Below are positions 8,415 through 17,608 of a stretch of DNA of 64,000 nucleotides, in pieces. Both the position numbers and the translations under genes were made by a program. Below the pieces are notes generated by a model, which saw only the letters and a program-made list of their open reading frames with translations, was not told where the DNA came from and searched no databases. This DNA comes from a virus, in the IMG/VR virus record IMGVR_UViG_3300045988_081205; one strand, 5' to 3'. The stretch's first letter is position 1. Each line of letters starts with the position of its first letter.

Positions 8415-8849
8415 ATGAGTAAATTCAAAGTAGGAGATAAGGTGGCTTATGTAACCAAGCCAGATGAAGAAATTGGCGAGGTGAATTGTGTCGTAGAGGA
8501 CAGATATGGTTGTCATATCTTTGTTGCGTTCAACAAAAAGAAAGTATATGAAATGCAACTAGCCGGTTATAACTATGATGAAGATAAGTTAGTTAAGATT
8601 GACGAGTATACCTTATCAGATGATGAAATCTATACCATGCTCAAGCCGAAGCTCGAAAGTATGTGTATGAAAACAGAATATCACAAATTATTGCCAACTG
8701 TATTTGAATTAGAATTTGAATCACAAAAGGATTATGACCCATATGTTCCAGAAAGTGATGTAATTAAAGCTATTGCTCTAGCATATCGTTCTGGTTATCT
8801 TAGAGCTAAGAAAGGAAGACCATTTAAGATTGGAGGAGAGAAAGAATGA
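8415..8849 (+). CDS. hypothetical protein
   Basis: 144-aa ORF with a strong SD. Confidence 0.65.
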   Translation: MSKFKVGDKVAYVTKPDEEIGEVNCVVEDRYGCHIFVAFNKKKVYEMQLAGYNYDEDKLVKIDEYTLSDDEIYTMLKPKLESMCMKTEYHKLLPTVFELEFESQKDYDPYVPESDVIKAIALAYRSGYLRAKKGRPFKIGGEKE

Positions 8850-9079
8850 TTGAATGGCATAAAGTAACAGATGAATTGCCACCATATGATACGCCAGTTC
8901 TTGTGTCTGGTTCAGACACAGGCACATATCTAGAGGAATATGTTCATGTAATGAAAATATTTATTAAGAATCATACATATCTGTGGCAATGCATGTGGGA
9001 CGCTGATGTGTATGAAGTATATGAAGATGATTATTGGGCATATATTAACTTACCAAAAAAGGACGGTGATTCAGATTAA
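8846..9079 (+). CDS. DUF551-like small protein
   Basis: EWHKV...LPPYDTPVLV...YWAYINLP pattern. Confidence 0.45.
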   Translation: MIEWHKVTDELPPYDTPVLVSGSDTGTYLEEYVHVMKIFIKNHTYLWQCMWDADVYEVYEDDYWAYINLPKKDGDSD

Positions 9080-10685
9080 GATTCATCCACTACTAGATTC
9101 CCTTAATGAAGTCACATTTTTAAGGGAATACTTAACCGCTTGTGGCATAGCTGATGTTGACTCATATCTCAATCCAGATAGTATTGAATATCAATCACAT
9201 GATATGTATAAAAATATGGACAAGGCGATTAGCTTATTCAATTATCATATGCCAAATGGAAAGATTGTGATTGTTCAAGACAGCGATAATGATGGCAGTT
9301 GTTCAGCAGCAATTACATATATGCTATGTCGTGAATTTGGCGCAACTGATATTGAAGTGTTATATCATGCAAATAAGCAACATGGATTATCTGACCTCAT
9401 GCCGCAAATTATCACTGAATCACCTAGCTTAGTTATTGTTCCTGATGCTGGCAGTAATAATATCTCAGAATGTCAAGAGTTGTTTCAGCGCAATATTGCC
9501 GTATTGATTTTAGACCATCATAACATTGAGTCACATAATTATTGTGCTATTGTGGTAAACCCATTTAATGATGAACAGGATGAACATATCAATAAATCAA
9601 TCTCTGGTACAGGTGTTGTAGAAAAATTTGCTTGTGCTCTTGGCTCAAATCAATCTTTCAAAGACCTCGTGGCTATTAGCCTAATCTCTGATATTTGCAG
9701 CTTACGTTCATCTGAGAACCGTAAATATGTATATGATGGCTTGACTAATCCAACTAATCCATTTATCAAATATTGCTTAGAGCATTGTTGCAATCGTGGC
9801 GTCAATCCAGAGGGTGTGGCATTTGGTATTGCACCACTTGCTAATGCTCTTGCTCGTAGTGATGACCAGTCTACCAAGCGGCTATTTTTTGATGCACTGA
9901 TTGGTAAGATTGAACCAGAAGTCGCTGTGAAGGCTATGAAAGCCGTAAAGTCCAAGCAGGATTATCAGGTTAAAAAGGTCGTAGATAAGCTGTCAGATGG
10001 GCTTGACACGTCTCACAAGGTCATTATCGGCTTTGGTGAGCCTGAGAATAAATCCTATTTAGGGCTTGTAGCTAATAAATTCTGTGGCAAATATAATAAG
10101 CCTACGTTCTTGCTAAGAGAGCTAAATAGCACAACATGGTCTGGCTCGATGCGCAGTCCTATTGATTTGCTTGAGATTATCAATGAATCAGGGTTGGCTA
10201 AATGTCAAGGACATGATGCTGCAGCTGGTATCACTGTCAAGAAATCAAATCTCAAGCGATTTGCACGATTCTTAGATGGGCTGGATTTGGACGTAGAGCC
10301 AGATATTGAAATAGCGGCTCAGATTGAGCCTAATAATATCACACACAATCTTGCAAATGTGTGTGTAGAAAATAATATCCTATGGGGCAAGGATATAAAC
10401 AAGCCGTTATTTCATTGTACTTTAACATCTCCGCAGATTTATGTATATCGTAATCGCTCAACTACTGTCAAGCTGATTCAGGATGGCATTGAGTTTATCA
10501 AATTCTTTGTTAATAATGAAGAAGCAAGCCAATTTGAATCAGCTCAAGGTAAATCCATAGAGGTAGTAGTATCGCTTGGATTGAATGAATATAATGGACA
10601 AATTAAGCCTCAAGCTATTATTGAGCGATATGAGATTATTGATAAGACAGAAAATGAAATTGATTGGAGTGAATATTTTAATTGA
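9066..10685 (+). CDS. RecJ-like DHH-family ssDNA exonuclease
   Basis: VIVQDSDNDGSCSAA (DHH motifs I/II), PDAGSN and LDHHN motifs. The start is uncertain: GTG 9066 is chosen, while the track ORF opens at 9006. Confidence 0.7.
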   Translation: MIQIKIHPLLDSLNEVTFLREYLTACGIADVDSYLNPDSIEYQSHDMYKNMDKAISLFNYHMPNGKIVIVQDSDNDGSCSAAITYMLCREFGATDIEVLYHANKQHGLSDLMPQIITESPSLVIVPDAGSNNISECQELFQRNIAVLILDHHNIESHNYCAIVVNPFNDEQDEHINKSISGTGVVEKFACALGSNQSFKDLVAISLISDICSLRSSENRKYVYDGLTNPTNPFIKYCLEHCCNRGVNPEGVAFGIAPLANALARSDDQSTKRLFFDALIGKIEPEVAVKAMKAVKSKQDYQVKKVVDKLSDGLDTSHKVIIGFGEPENKSYLGLVANKFCGKYNKPTFLLRELNSTTWSGSMRSPIDLLEIINESGLAKCQGHDAAAGITVKKSNLKRFARFLDGLDLDVEPDIEIAAQIEPNNITHNLANVCVENNILWGKDINKPLFHCTLTSPQIYVYRNRSTTVKLIQDGIEFIKFFVNNEEASQFESAQGKSIEVVVSLGLNEYNGQIKPQAIIERYEIIDKTENEIDWSEYFN

Positions 10686-10848
10686 GCAATTTAAGAAAAT
10701 GGACTAAGGCGATTAGTATGGTTACATCTGTTATACTATATACACTGATTTTACGTGGTTATAGCAACAGATTGGTGTTGTTGGTAGTGGCTGTTATTGC
10801 TTGTATGACAAATAGCCTAGATGGTTGGATTGGAGGGGATGAGTCTAA

Positions 10849-11028
10849 TTGAGTAGAGCAGAAAGAAATCGTCGCAAACGGATTGAGCGTCCCCTAAAAT
10901 ATGCTCCTATCAAATGCCCAAATTGCGGCTTAATGGTAGATGAAAAATATGTAGTTGACATAAATTCTACCTGTCCTATTTGTGGTAATGAGTTATTTGC
11001 AGAATTAAAGAAAATGATTGAAAAATAA
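10849..11028 (+). CDS. hypothetical Zn-ribbon protein (59 aa)
   Basis: TTG start after GGAGGGGA. CPNCG...CPICG. The antisense track ORF 10845-11081 is considered spurious. Confidence 0.4.
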   Translation: MSRAERNRRKRIERPLKYAPIKCPNCGLMVDEKYVVDINSTCPICGNELFAELKKMIEK

Positions 11029-11041
11029 TTAAAATAGGGTA

Positions 11042-11070
11042 TTGACAAAGCCTCCTGTTCATGGTATACT
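11042..11070 (+). promoter_or_regulatory. sigma-A-type promoter
   Basis: TTGACA 11042-11047, 17-nt spacer, TGgTATACT ending at 11070. Confidence 0.75.
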
Positions 11071-11092
11071 TGATTTATCAAAGAACAGGAGG
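11051..11092 (+). promoter_or_regulatory. 10-bp inverted repeat pairing the promoter spacer with the Shine-Dalgarno of 11101-11361
   Basis: CCTCCTGTTC (11051-11060) is the exact reverse complement of GAACAGGAGG (11083-11092). Confidence 0.6.
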
Positions 11093-11100
11093 TTGTTTTA

Positions 11101-11361
11101 ATGCAAGACGTATTAACCTATGAAGCATGGCTCGATGCTGTATGTCATATCTGTAATAGCTTGTTGAAAGCAAATGTAAGCATAACAGGCAATAACGAAT
11201 TTAAGGTGACAGCTACAAAATATCGTTGGATTACATTTGTTGATTGCATTGGATTTGAAGTAATGTACAATGAAGGCTTTGAGCCAGCATTTGGTGCAAC
11301 TAAGCTGATGGAAATTATTATTGATAGATGGGAACAACTGCTGGTTGAGGAGGATAAATAA
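11101..11361 (+). CDS. hypothetical protein
   Basis: 86-aa ORF, SD GGAGG 9 nt upstream. Confidence 0.6.
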   Translation: MQDVLTYEAWLDAVCHICNSLLKANVSITGNNEFKVTATKYRWITFVDCIGFEVMYNEGFEPAFGATKLMEIIIDRWEQLLVEEDK

Positions 11362-12056
11362 TGCAATATATGGGTGGCAAAAGCCGCATTTCTAAACAAA
11401 TTGCAGAGGTATTAAATTCAGCTATCAACAAAGATACACCGTTTGTAAGCCTGTTTTGCGGCTCATGTGCTATTGAATCAAAAGTACAAGCAGATGTTAA
11501 AATTCTTAATGACAAGCATCCATATCTCATTGCTATGTGGCAAGCACTACAAAATGGCTGGACACCGCCTGATGTTGTGACCAAAGAAGAATATTATCGT
11601 GTTAAAGCTAATATGGACGAAAATCCTGCATTGACTGGATTTGTTGGATTTGGTTGCTCATTCGGCGGAAAATGGTTTGGAGGTCTAGCAAGCAATAAAA
11701 AAGGCGATAATTATTGTGCAAGAGCAGAGCGTAGTTTGCTCAAAGATTTGCGCGGAGTACAATCTGCTACATTCACTTGCCTTGACTATCATGACGTAGA
11801 AATCCCGGATGGTGCGGTTGTATATTGTGACCCACCCTATGCCAATACGACGGGATATACAGTTGGACAATTTGATACGAATGAATTTTGGTATTATATG
11901 CGTCAGCTGTCTAAGCGATGTGATGTATATATCAGTGAGGAATCTGCGCCTGATGATTTTGAATGTGTATGGTCACAAGAATTAACGAGAACGCTTGACT
12001 TCAATAAATCCAATCAACCAAAGAAAGTAGAAAAATTGTTCAAATATAAGGGATAA
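11361..12056 (+). CDS. DNA N6-adenine methyltransferase, Dam-like (D12 class)
   Basis: N-terminal YMGGKSR and catalytic DPPY (YCDPPYANT). Confidence 0.8.
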   Translation: MQYMGGKSRISKQIAEVLNSAINKDTPFVSLFCGSCAIESKVQADVKILNDKHPYLIAMWQALQNGWTPPDVVTKEEYYRVKANMDENPALTGFVGFGCSFGGKWFGGLASNKKGDNYCARAERSLLKDLRGVQSATFTCLDYHDVEIPDGAVVYCDPPYANTTGYTVGQFDTNEFWYYMRQLSKRCDVYISEESAPDDFECVWSQELTRTLDFNKSNQPKKVEKLFKYKG

Positions 12057-12057
12057 T

Positions 12058-15000
12058 ATGCAAACAGTAAAATTAACCCCAATGCGCATGATATTCAATA
12101 ACCCTGAATCCAATTTCTCAATTATATCATGCAGCACTAAGGATGAAACAATAGAAATCAACCCTCAATATGGCACAATCAGCCTAAAAGGAACTGGCAT
12201 TGCCGATCTGAAAATGGGGCAATCCATTGATTGTATCATAGAGCCATGTGTGGATGATAAATACAAATACAGCTATAAATTCATTGGCTTTGCTGGATTT
12301 GTAGCTAAAGATGGCAAATTCAACCTAACTGAAAAAGCCGAGCTACAGACATTGCGTAGTTTAATGACTAATGGGCAAGCTGAATCATGTCATGCCGCAT
12401 ATCCTCATTTTGTCAGTATGGTGCTGAATGGTGAAGCCGACAAGCTAGACTACAAAAAAATTCGTGGCGTAGGCAAGGTGTTATTGCCAAGATATATTGA
12501 TAAAATCAAGACGATCAACAAGCGTGTGGAATTTATGGGAGAAACATATGCTTGGGGCATTGAGCATGATGAGGATATAAACAAAATCGCCGCGGCATAT
12601 AAGAACGTATATGGATTCAGCCAAGATATAAATACCAATCCATATGCTATTATGATTAACTTGCTTGAATGGTCATTTGATAGAGCAGATAGGGTGATAA
12701 CTAAGAAAACAGCAAAATGGCTGGATAGCTATGAACGATGTGAGGCGGCTACTATCTATGCTCTAAAGCATAATGAGCTGGACGGCAATACAAGGATGCA
12801 AGCCAAGATGTTGTTTGATATGGTAAAGCGCAAAGCCCCTCAATGCGTTCATCATCTCCTCGATGTTGTGACGAAATCGGCGCAAGTACACTATGACGCT
12901 CCTAGCCAAAACACAGCTCTACAAGTCACATATAGTGCTGAACAGCATATTGCTGATGTTATCAAGAAAAAAATAGCCAATCCACATTACTATCCTATGG
13001 ATTGGCAGAAGTTTACAAGTGTAGACGGTTTAGAGCTGACTGATGAACAAACGCAGATTCTTGAAATGGCTTGTAAACAAGATGTTATGATGCTGACTGG
13101 TTCGGCTGGTTGTGTTGATTGCGATACTGAATTTTTTACTGGTACTGGTTGGAAGCGAATTGCGGATTATCAAGACGGCGACAGGGTGCTTCAGTACAAC
13201 GAGGACGGAACAGCAGAACTTGTAAATCCCATTGCTTATATCAAGAAGACATGCAATACGTTATGGCATTTTGAGACGCTTCGAGGATTAAATCAAACTG
13301 TCTGTGATGATCATAGAATTATATATGAAACAAGAGACGGTGTATTAAAAGAATGTAATATTGAACAACTAAAACAAATGCACTTACCGTCAACCAAGAA
13401 TTTCCAAGGGAGGTTTCTCACAACATTCAACCTTGGTGGTTCTGGTATAGATTTAAATGAATGGCAAATTCGTCTAATGTGCGCGGTTTTGGCAGATGGG
13501 CATTTCAACGCCGGTAATAAAAATAGCACAAGATGTACATTTCATATAAAAAAGCAACGTAAGAAAGATAGACTGATTTATCTTTTCAATAAAAATGGAC
13601 TTGAATATAAAGAACATGAAAGTACAGAAGAAGGATATACTGACTATCATGTGTATGTTCCAAGGAGAGAAAAGCAATTTACAGAGTATTGGTATGGGTG
13701 TTCTAATGAACAATTAAAGATAATTGTAGATGAGGTTGTTTATTGGGATGGATGTATAAGATACACAAAAAATAATACTAAGTATTTAACTTATTGTTCA
13801 TCTATAAAATCAGACGCAGATTTCATTCAATATGCAGCATCCGCGATTGGAATTAGAGCGTCTATAAGCACTTGTAATAGAATTGGTGAAATCAAGCATT
13901 TGAACGGGAAAGAATATATTAGAAAGACAAATGTATATACGGTTCATTTTTCCAACAGAACAAAAGTAGGATTGTGTTCAGATAATAGAAGTAAATGTAC
14001 TAAAACGCCCATAACTCAAGTGCCAACCACTGATGGATATAAATACTGCTTTACAGTACCATCACATATGCTCGTACTAAGAAGAAAAGATTGCATTTTC
14101 ATTACTGGCAACTGTGGCAAAACAACAAGTATGCAAGCACTTGTTAATATGCTAGATAGCAATGGGTACACATATACTCTACTTGCCCCGACAGGAATAT
14201 CTAGCAAAAAATTACGAGAAGCAACGCAAAAAGAAGCGTCCACCATCCATATGTTTTTAACCATGAGTGAGAACCTAGGAGATTATCTAATCATAGATGA
14301 AGCCAGTCAAATTAGCGTCCATTTGCTATCAATGCTATTTGATAAGGTAACAGACCGTACTAAGATAATCTTCATAGCCGACCCATCTCAGCTTGCATCT
14401 ATTGCTTGCGGCAACATTGTTGAGGATATGCTTGATAGCGGCATCGTGCCTGTATGTAACTTGACTAAGGTATTCAGATATAACACATCTGGCATTATTA
14501 CTATAGCTACTGATGTACGAAATGGAGTAAATGACCATCTGACAGATACTTTCACAGATTATAAGTTCATTGAAACTGATACATTAGTAATCAAGCAAAT
14601 TGAGCAAGAATATGCGCGGCTCTTAGCAGATGGATACAGTAAGGATGATGTGCTGATTCTATCTCCATTCAATAAGGGTGATGTTGGCTCATTGGCTATC
14701 AATGCGGCGATTCAAGCCAAATTCAATCCAAATGAATTAAGCAAGGTTGGGCATACTGTCAATGATGTACCTATATATTTCAAAGTTGGCGATAAGGTAA
14801 TCAATAAAAAGAATGAATATGCTATGCCGCTTGTTGATGATGATACGGCTTTTGTAGCAAATGGCGATATTGGCACAGTGATGGAAATTGTGCCTGATGA
14901 AAAAGAGCCATATATGATTGTGCGATATGATTGCGGCGATTGTATAGTAGATAAGGCGCATATCAAGAATACGCTACTTAGTTATTGTGTCAGCATCCAT

Positions 15001-15210
15001 TCAGCGCAAGGTAGCCAAGCAAAGGCTGTGATTGTAGTGATTGATAGAAGCCACGTAAGGATGCTATCGCGCAACTTGTGCTATACAGCGGTATCACGCG
15101 CACAAGAGCGGCTAATATTGATTGGAGATGAGGCGGCTATTCAAGATGGGCTAAAGGTGCAAGAGGAAAAGGAAAGGGATACTTATTTGCGATATTTTTT
15201 AATAAAATAA
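12058..15210 (+). CDS. RecD/Dda-like SF1 DNA helicase precursor containing an intein in the P-loop
   Basis: The Walker A motif is split as GSAG | intein | CGKTTS. C-terminal SIHSAQGSQ and YTAVSRAQERL helicase motifs. Confidence 0.8.
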   Translation: MQTVKLTPMRMIFNNPESNFSIISCSTKDETIEINPQYGTISLKGTGIADLKMGQSIDCIIEPCVDDKYKYSYKFIGFAGFVAKDGKFNLTEKAELQTLRSLMTNGQAESCHAAYPHFVSMVLNGEADKLDYKKIRGVGKVLLPRYIDKIKTINKRVEFMGETYAWGIEHDEDINKIAAAYKNVYGFSQDINTNPYAIMINLLEWSFDRADRVITKKTAKWLDSYERCEAATIYALKHNELDGNTRMQAKMLFDMVKRKAPQCVHHLLDVVTKSAQVHYDAPSQNTALQVTYSAEQHIADVIKKKIANPHYYPMDWQKFTSVDGLELTDEQTQILEMACKQDVMMLTGSAGCVDCDTEFFTGTGWKRIADYQDGDRVLQYNEDGTAELVNPIAYIKKTCNTLWHFETLRGLNQTVCDDHRIIYETRDGVLKECNIEQLKQMHLPSTKNFQGRFLTTFNLGGSGIDLNEWQIRLMCAVLADGHFNAGNKNSTRCTFHIKKQRKKDRLIYLFNKNGLEYKEHESTEEGYTDYHVYVPRREKQFTEYWYGCSNEQLKIIVDEVVYWDGCIRYTKNNTKYLTYCSSIKSDADFIQYAASAIGIRASISTCNRIGEIKHLNGKEYIRKTNVYTVHFSNRTKVGLCSDNRSKCTKTPITQVPTTDGYKYCFTVPSHMLVLRRKDCIFITGNCGKTTSMQALVNMLDSNGYTYTLLAPTGISSKKLREATQKEASTIHMFLTMSENLGDYLIIDEASQISVHLLSMLFDKVTDRTKIIFIADPSQLASIACGNIVEDMLDSGIVPVCNLTKVFRYNTSGIITIATDVRNGVNDHLTDTFTDYKFIETDTLVIKQIEQEYARLLADGYSKDDVLILSPFNKGDVGSLAINAAIQAKFNPNELSKVGHTVNDVPIYFKVGDKVINKKNEYAMPLVDDDTAFVANGDIGTVMEIVPDEKEPYMIVRYDCGDCIVDKAHIKNTLLSYCVSIHSAQGSQAKAVIVVIDRSHVRMLSRNLCYTAVSRAQERLILIGDEAAIQDGLKVQEEKERDTYLRYFLIK
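13111..14112 (+). mobile_element. intein (334 aa) with LAGLIDADG homing-endonuclease domain
   Basis: Starts CVDCDTEFF (block A-like) and ends FITGN followed by Cys +1. Internal LMCAVLADGHF and IVDEVVYWDGC LAGLIDADG-like motifs. Removal restores GSAGCGKTT. Confidence 0.8.
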
Positions 15211-15214
15211 TATA

Positions 15215-15243
15215 TTGACAAATATCTATATATGTGATATAAT
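15215..15243 (+). promoter_or_regulatory. sigma-A-type early promoter
   Basis: TTGACA 15215-15220, 17-nt spacer, TGaTATAAT ending at 15243. Confidence 0.75.
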
Positions 15244-15257
15244 ATAAATAAGGGTAA

Positions 15258-15336
15258 ATGGAAGGTGTACAACTTCTATTCTTTAAGGAGAACGCTTATC
15301 TCGTTCTCCTACCTTAATATTTTCTAAGATAAGGAG
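15258..15336 (+). promoter_or_regulatory. structured 5' leader of HNH-like gene 3
   Basis: Hairpin 1 at 15258-15279 (ATGGAAG/CTTCTAT). Hairpin 2 at 15287-15309 (GGAGAACG/CGTTCTCC). Loop CTTATCT (15295-15301) is complementary to AGATAAG (15327-15333), which overlaps the SD AAGGAG. Confidence 0.6.
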
Positions 15337-15347
15337 AAATATGTGTT

Positions 15348-16019
15348 ATGAGTAAATTCAAAAATTTGACAGGAATGAGATTTGGGAAACTAACAGCGGT
15401 TAAAATAGTAAAAAATTGTGAGCATAAGTGTAAAAGTGTAATTTGGCAATGCAAATGTGATTGCGGAAATATAGTGAACGTTAGAAGTAGTAATTTAATA
15501 AACGGACATACAAAATCCTGTGGATGTATAAGAAAAGAAATAATCATGAACAGAGACAAAGAACGAGCGATTCATAATGATTGTAACTCGAGGCTTTATA
15601 GAATTTGGCATGGTATGAAAAATAGATGTAATAATCCAAACGCTTACAACTATAAAAATTATGGTGGTAGAGGTATTACGATTTGTCCAGAATGGGAAGA
15701 ATTTATTCCATTTAGAGAATGGTCCAACAGCAACGGTTATGCAGACAATCTTACTATTGATAGAATTGACGTCAATGGAAATTATTGCCCTGAAAATTGT
15801 AGATGGGCTGATATAAAGACCCAAAATAACAATACCACTAGAAACAGATTGCTAACAGCGTTTGGAGAAACAATGAATGTTGCTCAGTGGAGTGAAAAGG
15901 TAGGTATAAAAAGAGGAGTTATATATACTAGAATCGATACTTATAAATGGGATGTGGAAAAAGCTCTAACAACACCAGTTGAGCAAAGAAAGCCTAGAAT
16001 TAAAGGAGATGCTGATTAA
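15348..16019 (+). CDS. putative free-standing homing endonuclease (HNH/AP2-associated family)
   Basis: RLYRIWHGMKNRCNNP..YKNYGGRGITICPEW and IDRIDVNGNYCPENCRWADIKTQNNN motifs. Own promoter and a leader like the two NUMOD4-HNH genes. Confidence 0.6.
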   Translation: MSKFKNLTGMRFGKLTAVKIVKNCEHKCKSVIWQCKCDCGNIVNVRSSNLINGHTKSCGCIRKEIIMNRDKERAIHNDCNSRLYRIWHGMKNRCNNPNAYNYKNYGGRGITICPEWEEFIPFREWSNSNGYADNLTIDRIDVNGNYCPENCRWADIKTQNNNTTRNRLLTAFGETMNVAQWSEKVGIKRGVIYTRIDTYKWDVEKALTTPVEQRKPRIKGDAD

Positions 16020-16301
16020 ATGACGGTTGGTGAATTAAGGAAACGGCTTGAAAGATATAACGACGATGAAATTATTGACATGAAGTGCTTAGTTGACAAC
16101 AATTACTATAAAGGATATATTAAAGATGTCTATAAGCTATTCGTGTCAAAGGCACAGAAAGAGCAACCAGTGACCATTGAATTAAAAGTAGATTGGAATT
16201 TATCCATCAGACAGAGATTTGATATGTTGGGTAAAGCAGTAGAAGATGCTATTGACCGTAACTCAACAGAGCTTACAAATATTGCATATGGAGGACGCTA
16301 A
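16020..16301 (+). CDS. hypothetical protein
   Basis: 93-aa ORF, TAAATG coupling. Confidence 0.55.
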   Translation: MTVGELRKRLERYNDDEIIDMKCLVDNNYYKGYIKDVYKLFVSKAQKEQPVTIELKVDWNLSIRQRFDMLGKAVEDAIDRNSTELTNIAYGGR

Positions 16302-16305
16302 TTAA

Positions 16306-16635
16306 ATGAATTATCCAACACCGCAGCTATGCGGCATCCGCGATTTAGATGCAGAATATAACAAAGAGCTAGAACGATACACTGCTCTAGTAAAAGAAAA
16401 GAAAGAAATTGGCGAACTTGAAGATATTGAAAATATCGATGTGAAAGACTGGTTGCCCGTCTTTGTAGTGCATTGTATCAGAGATTGCGTTGAGAGAATG
16501 GCAACAGGTGCGCCAAGATGGTTCACAGCTTATAGTTCTGATTATACTCCACATACGTTTGATGAATATGAGGCGGCTATGTATCTACAAGATTTGATTG
16601 ATGAAAAATTTGGAAATAGGAGGCATCACAGATGA
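16306..16635 (+). CDS. hypothetical protein
   Basis: 109-aa ORF in the operon. Confidence 0.55.
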   Translation: MNYPTPQLCGIRDLDAEYNKELERYTALVKEKKEIGELEDIENIDVKDWLPVFVVHCIRDCVERMATGAPRWFTAYSSDYTPHTFDEYEAAMYLQDLIDEKFGNRRHHR

Positions 16636-17003
16636 ACTATGAATTTCATGTAGGAGATTATGTTAAAACAAGAGCTGGTTATATTGGGTATATTGATAAC
16701 ATCAGCGATTTAGAAAATGATAATATTGCAGTTCATGTATGCTTTAGCGATGGAGATACCGCGCTCTTTAGAGTTAACGACTTAAATGTCACAAATAATT
16801 TTCTTCGTATCGGTGCATATGATTTCACTAAGAAAGAAAAGAAGAAGATTGAGCCAATCAGTGATTGCAACAAGCATATTTTTTCAAATGCAATCAAATC
16901 AGATAGTCAAATAGTAAGAGTGGTAAGTGATGATATTTTGAATAAAATCAATGAGCTTGTTGATGCGGTGAATAAATTGATAGATAAGGAGAATGTGAGA
17001 TGA
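16632..17003 (+). CDS. hypothetical protein
   Basis: 123-aa ORF, ATGA coupling. Confidence 0.55.
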   Translation: MNYEFHVGDYVKTRAGYIGYIDNISDLENDNIAVHVCFSDGDTALFRVNDLNVTNNFLRIGAYDFTKKEKKKIEPISDCNKHIFSNAIKSDSQIVRVVSDDILNKINELVDAVNKLIDKENVR

Positions 17004-17197
17004 ATACCGCTTGGGGCTTTATTGAAAAAGACTATGAGTCAAGAGCTACAATTAAGAAGCCAACCAGAGTATGCTCAGTATGTGGTGCAAATGAGCTTGG
17101 ATATACCGGCTCGTATTATAGTAAGGCTGAATTTTGGATTTGTCCAGAATGTATAAAGAAGTTAAAGAAATTGCTTGACAAGGAGAATGAGGAATGA
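17000..17197 (+). CDS. hypothetical Zn-ribbon protein
   Basis: CSVCG...CPEC. 65 aa. Confidence 0.5.
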   Translation: MNTAWGFIEKDYESRATIKKPTRVCSVCGANELGYTGSYYSKAEFWICPECIKKLKKLLDKENEE

Positions 17198-17391
17198 TTA
17201 AACGGCTATGCGATATTTGTGGTAAAGAGATTATAGGACTTAGAGATAGATATGCTGTTAGCATTGACAATGATTGCGTAAAAGCTGAATATTTTAAAGT
17301 TATTGAGGACGTATGCTCAGATTGCGCAAATTCTATTTATCACTATATTGAAGGCTTAAAAAAGCCTATTGACAAATCAACTGAATCGTGA
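17194..17391 (+). CDS. hypothetical Zn-ribbon protein
   Basis: CDICG...CSDC. 65 aa. Confidence 0.5.
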   Translation: MIKRLCDICGKEIIGLRDRYAVSIDNDCVKAEYFKVIEDVCSDCANSIYHYIEGLKKPIDKSTES

Positions 17392-17397
17392 TAATAT
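17369..17397 (+). promoter_or_regulatory. sigma-A-type promoter
   Basis: TTGACA 17369-17374, 17-nt spacer, TGaTAATAT ending at 17397. Confidence 0.6.
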
Positions 17398-17419
17398 ATA
17401 TGACAAGGAGGTAATGTAA

Positions 17420-17593
17420 TTGACAAAGCTACAGCTAATTCTAGCTTTGACAAAAATGCGCACAATGGCTGAAGGTACGTCACAAGTTCGCATCCACATT
17501 GGCAACCTACTATATGATATTGACCACATTGGCACAGTAATTGATATGGACACCAATAAGCCAAATATTGTTATTCATGTTAAGGAGAATTAA
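17420..17593 (+). CDS. hypothetical small protein (57 aa)
   Basis: TTG start 8 nt after AAGGAGG. Not in the track. The antisense track ORF 17343-17564 is considered spurious. Confidence 0.4.
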   Translation: MTKLQLILALTKMRTMAEGTSQVRIHIGNLLYDIDHIGTVIDMDTNKPNIVIHVKEN

Positions 17594-17608
17594 AAGGAGG
17601 ACGATTTA

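Noticed and set aside
9006-9065. Track start at 9006 for the RecJ-like gene
   Set aside because: It would overlap the preceding DUF551-like gene by 74 nt and add a non-conserved-looking N-terminus. The GTG at 9066, just after an AAAGGA purine run, is more plausible, though this is not proven.
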